Shown one piece after another: positions 1-5,227 of a stretch of DNA of 46,738 nt. The stretch lies in IMG/VR virus record IMGVR_UViG_3300025160_000003; one strand, given 5' to 3'. A model generated the notes under the pieces. It was not told where the DNA came from, did no database searches, and saw only the letters and a program-made list of their open reading frames with translations. The translations under genes were made by a program, and so were the position numbers. The stretch's first letter is position 1. Each line of letters starts with the position of its first letter. The stretch comes from a virus.

Positions 1-99
1 TACATGTTGGACAATGTTCACTTAGTTGCGTTACAAGAGACATAAAATCAAAATTATTAATTAGATGGTTTAAGTTATTTGGATGTAGATGTTTTTTAG
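1..99. repeat. 99-bp terminal overlap identical to 46640..46738 (circular assembly overlap or terminal redundancy)
   Basis: Read directly: tacatgttggacaatgttcac...ggatgtagatgttttttag is present at both window ends. Positions 1..43 duplicate the first codons of the SNF2 gene that starts at 46682. Confidence 0.9.
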
Positions 100-296
100 T
101 TATAGTCATCTAAATCGTTAGCTAATTGTTTAATACGTTTGGTGTTTTCTCTGATGTTTTCTCTGTCAAATGTATAATAAGTAATTCTAAAGCAGAAAAT
201 TGAAATACTATATATACCAAATCCCCAATCAATTCCAAAAAGGATTTGTTTAACTAATTCAATATTAATCTTTCCATTCAATAATGATAAATACAT
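96..296 (-). CDS. hypothetical small membrane protein (66 aa)
   Basis: ORF track. Co-oriented with the leftward arm. Hydrophobic stretch GIDWGFGIYSISIFCF. Confidence 0.5.
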   Translation of the reverse strand: MYLSLLNGKINIELVKQILFGIDWGFGIYSISIFCFRITYYTFDRENIRENTKRIKQLANDLDDYN

Positions 297-340
297 AAAT
301 AATTACCTATCATTTCAATTGCGCGGTCAGGGGACTGATT

Positions 341-496
341 TTACATATTATCAATTGTTTTGAAAATATTAACTAAGTCTTCAAATAATCGAATCTTTGA
401 CTTTAACCAAATCTTAAATTCTTCAGGTCTCATTTTTATCTTGTTTTCTCTAACTTCTTTCAGTAAATTGTCAAATAGATTTTTTTCAAAATTCAT
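341..496 (-). CDS. hypothetical protein (51 aa, below the ORF-track cutoff)
   Basis: Hand translation MNFEKNLFDNLLKEVRENKIKMRPEEFKIWLKSKIRLFEDLVNIFKTIDNM. Fills the gap between co-oriented genes. Confidence 0.4.
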   Translation of the reverse strand: MNFEKNLFDNLLKEVRENKIKMRPEEFKIWLKSKIRLFEDLVNIFKTIDNM

Positions 497-501
497 GTAA
501 A

Positions 502-855
502 TTACTCCGTAAACAACTTCGTGGGTATATTTCTATTTTTAGCTTGCTTTAACATATCTTTAGTGCCAGATGAGTTATTAATATAATTATGAAATGCTAG
601 AACTAAATCTATTTTATTCTCATCTAACATTTGTCTATTTCTAATTGGTCCTGCTGCTTTACCATGTAAGAACCAATTAGCAGGAAATGATAAAATCTTA
701 AATCCTAACTTTAATCCTTGAAACGCGCAAATTTTATCAGCGCCTCTACAATTACCATGAACTAAAGTTATATCTTGACCTTTATATTGTAATAATACAT
801 TTTCAATTACTGTTACGTTATTCCAAGCTCTATCACCACAACATAAGATGGTCAT
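502..855 (-). CDS. SLOG / DUF2493-family protein (DprA-LOG-like nucleotide-binding fold)
   Basis: 117 aa. The pattern ILCCGDR...TLVHGNCRGADK...PANW...GKAAGPIRNRQML...DLVLAF...GTKDM matches the DUF2493 signature as I recall it. Confidence 0.7.
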   Translation of the reverse strand: MTILCCGDRAWNNVTVIENVLLQYKGQDITLVHGNCRGADKICAFQGLKLGFKILSFPANWFLHGKAAGPIRNRQMLDENKIDLVLAFHNYINNSSGTKDMLKQAKNRNIPTKLFTE

Positions 856-1658
856 GATTTATTACCAAAATTACCTTCATCAATAACCTTCTTAGCTTCA
901 TCAAAAGTTATATTATTCATATCAGCATAAGATTGAATTAACTTATCTTTAGGAGATAGCTTAATTTCTTCTTCTTCTTTTTTAGGAAAATTCTGTGCTT
1001 CAATTAGTAATCTACATTCTGTCTCAGTTTTACCTGTCATCTCCATCATAGTTTTAATAAGTTTTTCGGTCTTATCTAACTTTGATTTAACTTTTGGAGT
1101 TATCTTAGGTTTATTAATAATTGCTGGAGCATAAAACTCATCGGCTTGTTTAATCTTATTGCGCGTTTCCTCACGAACCTTATCTCCAAACGCGCGAAGT
1201 TCATTACTTATTACAATAACATCTACATTAGCATCATGAACTATAGAACTATGGTCAAATATTACTTGTTGAAAATGCGTATATCTGTCTGCTAAAAATG
1301 AAAAATACTTTTGATGCTTTTCTTCATCATTTAATTTATCGTCAGCAAATATAATATCTTTTACTTTATGATTAGATATTGTTTTAGCATTAAATACATC
1401 GCCTGAGTAGCGAATTGACGCATCTTCTTCAGAACGAACTAAACGAAGAAAAACGTCAGCATCTTGGATTAATTCATTTTTTCCTACTTCACTATCAGTA
1501 ATACAAGAATTACATTTTAAAACTTTATCATAGACTTGAACTTCACCTATTTTACCACAAATTGAACATCGCGCGGCATGAGTATGAGATAAAAAATCGA
1601 ACGCGCAAATCGAGCATAATGCAGCGTTATCAATTGATTTAGTAAATGGATGATTCAT
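852..1658 (-). CDS. hypothetical protein with N-terminal Cys-rich zinc ribbon and two C-terminal UBA/TS-N-like helical repeats
   Basis: 268 aa. CSIC..x..CSICG..CNSC near the N-terminus. Repeated LIKTMMEMTGKTETECRLLIEAQNF / LIQSYADMNNITFDEAKKVIDEGNF. 4-nt overlap with the downstream gene. Confidence 0.6.
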   Translation of the reverse strand: MNHPFTKSIDNAALCSICAFDFLSHTHAARCSICGKIGEVQVYDKVLKCNSCITDSEVGKNELIQDADVFLRLVRSEEDASIRYSGDVFNAKTISNHKVKDIIFADDKLNDEEKHQKYFSFLADRYTHFQQVIFDHSSIVHDANVDVIVISNELRAFGDKVREETRNKIKQADEFYAPAIINKPKITPKVKSKLDKTEKLIKTMMEMTGKTETECRLLIEAQNFPKKEEEEIKLSPKDKLIQSYADMNNITFDEAKKVIDEGNFGNKS

Positions 1659-1660
1659 AA

Positions 1661-1759
1661 TTAAGCCAACAAAACAATTATTGATATTTCAATTATTAAC
1701 AATACAAATAAAACTCCGGCTGCAATATTTTCAATAGTTTTATTAGGTTTATTATTCAT
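1661..1759 (-). CDS. tiny single-pass membrane protein (32 aa)
   Basis: Hand translation MNNKPNKTIENIAAGVLFVLLIIEISIIVLLA. Tightly packed between co-oriented genes. Confidence 0.35.
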   Translation of the reverse strand: MNNKPNKTIENIAAGVLFVLLIIEISIIVLLA

Positions 1760-1761
1760 GA

Positions 1762-1977
1762 TTAATTAATCTCAGTTACTTCTATGATAATTAATCTAAA
1801 ATCTGTATTCCAATCTCTATTTGTAACTTCAATCATTGATTGTGCAATTTTTTCAGAAGTCCAAAAACGCGCATAATTCAAAAAATCTGTAGTAAATGGT
1901 CTAGTTTCATTATCAAATCGTTCTAAATACATTTCAGCACTATTCTTTAGACAATACCACTTTGCAGTAGTTTTCAT
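1762..1977 (-). CDS. hypothetical protein (71 aa)
   Basis: ORF track 1762..2058 trimmed to the internal Met (MKTTAKWY), which is preceded by the RBS aaggattgag. Confidence 0.6.
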   Translation of the reverse strand: MKTTAKWYCLKNSAEMYLERFDNETRPFTTDFLNYARFWTSEKIAQSMIEVTNRDWNTDFRLIIIEVTEIN

Positions 1978-1984
1978 AATTATC

Positions 1985-2107
1985 TCAATCCTTATGCTTA
2001 AAACAAATTCTAATAAACTTATCTTTTTTACCTTTTTCACGTTCAATAATACAACCACAATCTAACTTAATTATCGAACGATTTTTAGTAACGAATTTTA
2101 TTGTCAT
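1985..2107 (-). CDS. possible first micro-gene of the leftward arm (40 aa, Cys-containing)
   Basis: Hand translation MTIKFVTKNRSIIKLDCGCIIEREKGKKDKFIRICFKHKD. Weak RBS. Confidence 0.3.
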   Translation of the reverse strand: MTIKFVTKNRSIIKLDCGCIIEREKGKKDKFIRICFKHKD

Positions 2108-2258
2108 AAATCACGTTACTTTCAGCAAAAATTAGTAAAATTGCCCGGTCAGTCTCATTGCAATTCTGGTGCCAATCTAGGCTCGTTCTGGCTCGTTTCC
2201 CGACGGCTGAACCGTCCTAAGTTCAATCGAATCAAGCACTTAGCTAGACCTCTGCTCA
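2108..2258 (-). other. about 150-nt GC-rich untranslated leader of the leftward transcript
   Basis: Lies between the predicted start site of the divergent promoter at 2266..2294 and the first ATG. No ORF. Local hairpins include GACGG-ttcag-CCGTC and CTAAGT-n15-ACTTAG in the minus sense. Confidence 0.4.
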
Positions 2259-2265
2259 CCTACCT

Positions 2266-2294
2266 ATCATAGCATACCCTATCCAGCCTGTCAA
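2266..2294 (-). promoter_or_regulatory. sigma70-type promoter firing leftward (TTGACA-17-TATGAT)
   Basis: Reverse complement reads cacTTGACAggctggatagggtatgcTATGATagg. Near-twin of the rightward promoter at 2409..2437. Confidence 0.7.
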
Positions 2295-2343
2295 GTGCGG
2301 CTCGATTGACACACTACTAATCCGTGTTAGTTTAGAGTAAGTA

Positions 2344-2392
2344 AAAATATATAAAAAAAAAAGAACACTACCTCTCATCTGGTATGTAGTGT
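2344..2392 (-). terminator. intrinsic terminator on the minus strand, upstream of the leftward promoter
   Basis: Minus sense: ACACTAC-n14-GTAGTGT followed by tcTTTTTTTTTTatatattttt. Confidence 0.65.
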
Positions 2393-2399
2393 GGTCGGA

Positions 2400-2437
2400 T
2401 TGACACACTTGACAGGCGATAGAGGGCATGATAGAAT
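2400..2437 (+). promoter_or_regulatory. sigma70-type promoter firing rightward (TTGACA-17-TAGAAT) with a second TTGACA 9 nt upstream
   Basis: gaTTGACAcacTTGACAggcgatagagggcatgaTAGAATgg. -35 at 2409..2414, -10 at 2432..2437. Confidence 0.7.
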
Positions 2438-2581
2438 GGATAATAGCCCGATTCGGTCGTTCGGTGGTCGTAAGTCTAGTCAGGTCAGTTACTTACGGTG
2501 AACTGAAACGGGCCAAAACGTCGAGGAGTTCAATGGTAGTTCGGTGGCATCGTCGAGAAATGCCTAGTAACGTTTTGGTAA

Positions 2582-2610
2582 TGTCTAAAGTTTTCTCAAT
2601 ACTGTGTCAA
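2582..2610 (-). promoter_or_regulatory. possible antisense promoter (TTGACA-17-TAGACA)
   Basis: Minus sense: aggTTGACAcagtattgagaaaacttTAGACAt. The -10 lacks the final T. It would be terminated by the 2344..2392 terminator. Confidence 0.3.
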
Positions 2611-2620
2611 CCTAGACACA

Positions 2621-2649
2621 TTGACAAGCGATTCGAGATGTGTTATGAT
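2621..2649 (+). promoter_or_regulatory. sigma70-type promoter (TTGACA-17-TATGAT)
   Basis: cacaTTGACAagcgattcgagatgtgtTATGATggg. Confidence 0.7.
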
Positions 2650-2826
2650 GGGTTTGTTAGGTTGATTGGAGTTAGCTACCTTTCAGTCTGACTCAGGGTT
2701 ATATAGGGACGACAAAAGATTGGATTCTAGGAAGGTCCAATTTACAAAACGTCCGGCATCCTAGTGCAAATCGTAGGACATAAACCCTACGGCCCTGATA
2801 TACTTTTTATCTAGGATGTAATTTTT

Positions 2827-2862
2827 ACATGTTGACAAGTTCCGAGATTCATGTCAACATGT
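2827..2862. promoter_or_regulatory. perfect 11-bp inverted repeat placing two TTGACA boxes face to face (operator-like palindrome or weak promoter)
   Basis: acatgTTGACA-agttccgagattca-TGTCAAcatgt, about 50 nt upstream of the first early gene. Confidence 0.45.
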
Positions 2863-2909
2863 AATTGTTCGTTGTTAGTAGTTCATTGACAAATAAAGAG
2901 GTAAATCAA

Positions 2910-3272
2910 ATGGCAGATGGTTCTATCCCTAAGTCTGGTAAGACGACTATTTCGACTGTTGCGGGAGTTACGCTTGCATCATTGGGAAAGCCTGATGTAA
3001 ACGTGGAGTATAACTGGTCTGAGTTCGCTACTGTAGAGGAAATGGAAGCGGCCGGCGAAACTCCGAGTAAGGTTGACATTCTTGCTTATGTAAACTCAAT
3101 TCGTGAGCGTAATGCGTTGTCGAGCGCTCGTGCAAGTAAGATTAGTGAGTTTACTGAGGAAGTTCGTAACTCGCCTGAGTTCAAGCGTTCCGAGTTTATT
3201 AAGGCTGCTGTGGCCTTTGGTATGACTCAGGAGCAGGCAGAACAGTTGGCTTCGAGTAAGCTTACGCAGTAA
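2910..3272 (+). CDS. early protein (120 aa), unknown function
   Basis: ORF track 2865..3272 trimmed to the ATG at 2910, preceded by aaagaggtaaatcaa. GC-richer codon usage than the arms. Its C-terminal helix module is paralogous to the product of 3863..4036. Confidence 0.7.
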   Translation: MADGSIPKSGKTTISTVAGVTLASLGKPDVNVEYNWSEFATVEEMEAAGETPSKVDILAYVNSIRERNALSSARASKISEFTEEVRNSPEFKRSEFIKAAVAFGMTQEQAEQLASSKLTQ

Positions 3273-3289
3273 TTAATCGTAAACTTATA

Positions 3290-3331
3290 CAGGATAGCTA
3301 TTGACAAACGTAGGTTGATATGCTATCCTGT
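3290..3331 (+). promoter_or_regulatory. promoter (TTGACA-17-TATCCT) embedded in a 10-bp perfect inverted repeat
   Basis: ACAGGATAGCtaTTGACAaacgtaggttgatatGCTATCCTGT. -35 at 3301..3306, -10 at 3324..3329. Confidence 0.5.
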
Positions 3332-3336
3332 AATTA

Positions 3337-3526
3337 TTAGATGCCTTAAGCAAGCATCTAACGGTCCTAATGAGTTTTGCACGTTATCGCGTTAGGACAA
3401 AAATAAAAATGCGCGGATTAGTAAGCTATCGCTAGTGTAGCCGAACATCCTAATTAATAGCTAGCTAGCATACAAAGCCTAGTAAGGGTTAGGTAGCTCC
3501 TAATACCTGCTAGGCTTTTGTATTTG
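3337..3526 (+). ncRNA. candidate about 190-nt non-coding RNA, or structured 3-prime UTR of the early mRNA
   Basis: Bounded by the 3301..3329 promoter and the 3474..3526 terminator. No credible ORF. Successive hairpins (ttagatgc-n9-gcatctaa; gtcctaa-n21-ttaggac). CCTAAT/ATTAGG words recur. Confidence 0.4.
3474..3526 (+). terminator. intrinsic terminator (plus strand)
   Basis: AAAGCCTAG-n27-CTAGGCTTT, with a nested ttagg/cctaa stem, followed by tgtattt. Confidence 0.6.
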
Positions 3527-3535
3527 ATTAGACAA

Positions 3536-3587
3536 AACAATAGCCGATTAGGAATGTAAGTTAACCTAATCGGCTATTGTTGTTTTT
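3536..3587. terminator. bidirectional intrinsic terminator between convergent early units
   Basis: 17-bp perfect stem AACAATAGCCGATTAGG-n12-CCTAATCGGCTATTGTT, flanked by an A-rich 5-prime side and gttttt on the 3-prime side. Confidence 0.75.
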
Positions 3588-3705
3588 AGTTAACTCGGCA
3601 GAGTTCAAGCATTCGATAATTGCCAGCGTGGTAATAGAAAACAAACGCCAGCAAATCACTTTCCCTATTAATGCGATACGTAACTCCATTGATTGTGATA
3701 TTCAC
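3586..3705 (-). CDS. possible micro-gene (39 aa, GTG start)
   Basis: Hand translation VNITINGVTYRINRESDLLAFVFYYHAGNYRMLELCRVN. ggag lies 8 nt upstream. Start overlaps the upstream stop. Confidence 0.3.
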   Translation of the reverse strand: MNITINGVTYRINRESDLLAFVFYYHAGNYRMLELCRVN

Positions 3706-3866
3706 TTGTTTACTCCATTCTTTTCGTTAGTCACGTCAGCAAACCTAACGCGCCATCTGTAATTAGTTATAAAGTAAGTTCGCTTACCTACTTCAATAAA
3801 TACAGACAGACCGCGATAAGCCTTCCAATAAACATGAATCGTTAACGCGAAGTGTAGTCTTGTCAT
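3702..3866 (-). CDS. micro-gene (54 aa)
   Basis: Hand translation MTRLHFALTIHVYWKAYRGLSVFIEVGKRTYFITNYRWRVRFADVTNEKNGVNK. RBS ggaggtaaagagcaa. ATGA overlap with the upstream gene. Confidence 0.4.
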   Translation of the reverse strand: MTRLHFALTIHVYWKAYRGLSVFIEVGKRTYFITNYRWRVRFADVTNEKNGVNK

Positions 3867-4036
3867 TTGCTCTTTACCTCCTTTGTAAACTTCAGTATCT
3901 TAGCTGGTCCTTCGCTTACCTTAGCCTTTTCATTTGCTAGCTGTTCGGCTAGTTCAGGTTCTATTCCGAAGTCTATAGCCGCTTCTATAAACTCCTGACG
4001 GCGCGTTTTGAATTGCGCGATTCGGCCTAGTCTCAT
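3863..4036 (-). CDS. micro-gene (57 aa) sharing a helical module with the 2910..3272 product
   Basis: Hand translation MRLGRIAQFKTRRQEFIEAAIDFGIEPELAEQLANEKAKVSEGPAKILKFTKEVKSK. RBS gaaggtaactaa. Confidence 0.5.
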   Translation of the reverse strand: MRLGRIAQFKTRRQEFIEAAIDFGIEPELAEQLANEKAKVSEGPAKILKFTKEVKSK

Positions 4037-4073
4037 TTAGTTACCTTCTGCCATTAGCTAGATACTAACTAGA

Positions 4074-4109
4074 ATGCCCTAGAATCGCTTACAAGTAACT
4101 CTAGGGCAT
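4074..4109 (-). promoter_or_regulatory. intercistronic hairpin (10-bp stem, 16-nt loop); possible RNA processing or attenuation site
   Basis: atgccctaga-n16-tctagggcat between the stop of 4126..4332 and the start at 4036. No U-tract follows. Confidence 0.35.
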
Positions 4110-4125
4110 ATTAGAAGGTATTAAG

Positions 4126-4332
4126 CTACATCTTAGCAATCAACCTTGCATACATCCTTCTGACTACTTGCTTACTTACTGCTAACCGTAATTCGCGCGG
4201 CGCTGGAATCGCTCGCGCTACTAGAATCATACCATTAGCAATATCAAATGTTTGTCGATTCACTTTCACGGCTCCACAATAAGGGCATGAAAAGTGATTG
4301 TGATGGGCTAGACAAATTGGGCATTGAGTCAT
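4126..4332 (-). CDS. zinc-ribbon micro-protein (68 aa)
   Basis: ORF track. CPIC-x11-CPYC. RBS gaggataactaacc. Confidence 0.6.
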   Translation of the reverse strand: MTQCPICLAHHNHFSCPYCGAVKVNRQTFDIANGMILVARAIPAPRELRLAVSKQVVRRMYARLIAKM

Positions 4333-4334
4333 GG

Positions 4335-4493
4335 TTAGTTATCCTCTAGTTTACGTAGTATTTCGTTTACTTCGGCAAGGTCAACCTTATCATATTCACT
4401 ATCTGCCTTGTAAACTCTATCAGTTAGTATTCGCCGTTCGTCTTTCAATAGGCGAATAACCGTATTTAGTTCTCGTGGTGTTAACTTCTGCAT
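4335..4493 (-). CDS. micro-gene (52 aa, helical)
   Basis: Hand translation MQKLTPRELNTVIRLLKDERRILTDRVYKADSEYDKVDLAEVNEILRKLEDN. RBS gaggtaactaaccc. Confidence 0.5.
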   Translation of the reverse strand: MQKLTPRELNTVIRLLKDERRILTDRVYKADSEYDKVDLAEVNEILRKLEDN

Positions 4494-4548
4494 GGGTTAG
4501 TTACCTCATTAATTGGTTAGTAGCACGTTAGGCCGGTCTGAAATGTTG

Positions 4549-4740
4549 CTAGTTGTAATATCCCAATGGGATATCTATTCGGCGCGTAGTTCCGTCTTTT
4601 CTTACTACCTGAATGCGGATTATTTCTTTTCCTTCTCTGTCCGCACAAGTATCGATAGCGACTGCAAACGGCTGTCTGTTCATGTAGTCGCATAACGATT
4701 CTAATTCTTCTTTGATATGTTCGGCTGTTCTGTAGGTCAT
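4549..4740 (-). CDS. micro-gene (63 aa; alternative start at 4758)
   Basis: ORF track 4549..4758. The internal ATG at 4740 follows aggaaactaacc, the spacer shared by neighbouring island genes. Confidence 0.6.
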   Translation of the reverse strand: MTYRTAEHIKEELESLCDYMNRQPFAVAIDTCADREGKEIIRIQVVRKDGTTRRIDIPLGYYN

Positions 4741-5041
4741 GGTTAGTTTCCTATTCATGACCGGCCTAATCTGCCACTAATCAATTATTCAGTTATCAAA
4801 GACCTATCGGCCGCGTTCCGTCTAACTTGTCAACGATTCAATTCGCACTAACTAACAATGCAATTGTTGTGCCATAAATAAATCTTGATAATACTGTCGG
4901 TTCGCTTGAGGCTAATTCAAATAGTACGTAATTCCCCTGACTTTAGTCTACTAATCTGTAATTCTAATAACAATCTTGAAAATTGAATAACTAATTCAAT
5001 TAAATGAATAATCATATGTCATTTAATTGACATGTTAGACA

Positions 5042-5078
5042 AACCAATAAATTGAATATTGAGTCCAATTTATTGGTT
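5042..5078 (-). terminator. 13-bp perfect hairpin after the 5087..5227 gene (terminator-like)
   Basis: AACCAATAAATTG-n11-CAATTTATTGGTT. Same layout as the 3536..3587 element: preceded by GTTAACTAAAAC and followed by TTGTCTAA in the minus sense. Confidence 0.5.
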
Positions 5079-5086
5079 GTGCGGTT

Positions 5087-5227
5087 TTAGTTAACGCGCC
5101 TTGCTGGGCGGTGAAACAGATTGTATGCTTTACCTAATACGCGGGCGTATCTCCGAAGTTTACGAAGGTCGGAACAGTCAATAATGGAAATAATCTTTCC
5201 ATCTCGATATGCGATTCTGCGATACAT
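5087..5227 (-). CDS. micro-gene (46 aa, basic)
   Basis: Hand translation MYRRIAYRDGKIISIIDCSDLRKLRRYARVLGKAYNLFHRPARRVN. RBS gaggtaaacc. Confidence 0.45.
   Translation of the reverse strand: MYRRIAYRDGKIISIIDCSDLRKLRRYARVLGKAYNLFHRPARRVN

Larger units (their letters stand above)
2445..2909 (+). other. about 465-nt ORF-free leader carrying further tandem promoters
   Basis: Only trivially short ORFs without an RBS. The 87-aa track ORF 2428..2691 starts inside a promoter. Contains nested inverted repeats, e.g. catcctag(2757)...ctaggatg(2811) enclosing cgtagg-n8-cctacg. Confidence 0.5.

Noticed and set aside
2306-2340. A third plus-strand TTGACA (gattgacacac) as an independent promoter
   Set aside because: No acceptable -10 hexamer lies 16-19 nt downstream (agttta/gtttag). 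More likely it is part of a repeated GATTGACACAC word shared with 2398-2408, or an UP/operator element.
2428-2691. 87-aa plus-strand ORF in the island
   Set aside because: It starts inside the -10 region of the 2409-2437 promoter, has no RBS, runs through the next promoter (2621-2649), and has odd Arg/Ser/Val-rich composition. Treated as non-coding leader.
2910-3272. Idea that the first early gene is an Ocr-like DNA-mimic anti-restriction protein (same position and size as T7 gene 0.3)
   Set aside because: Counting residues gives only a slight net negative charge (about 17 acidic versus about 13 basic), far from the extreme acidity of DNA mimics. Position alone is not evidence.
3577-3762. 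61-aa plus-strand ORF
   Set aside because: It begins inside the bidirectional terminator and lies antisense to a chain of RBS-preceded minus-strand micro-genes. No RBS.
4513-4695. 60-aa plus-strand ORF
   Set aside because: Antisense to 4549..4740, which has the conserved aggaaactaacc RBS spacer. No RBS of its own.
4820-4860. Minus-strand TTGACA (cgTTGACAagttagacgg) as the promoter of the 4758-to-3586 unit
   Set aside because: The best downstream -10 candidates (ccgata/gatagg/taggtc) are poor at any spacing of 17-20 nt. The promoter for this unit therefore remains unassigned.
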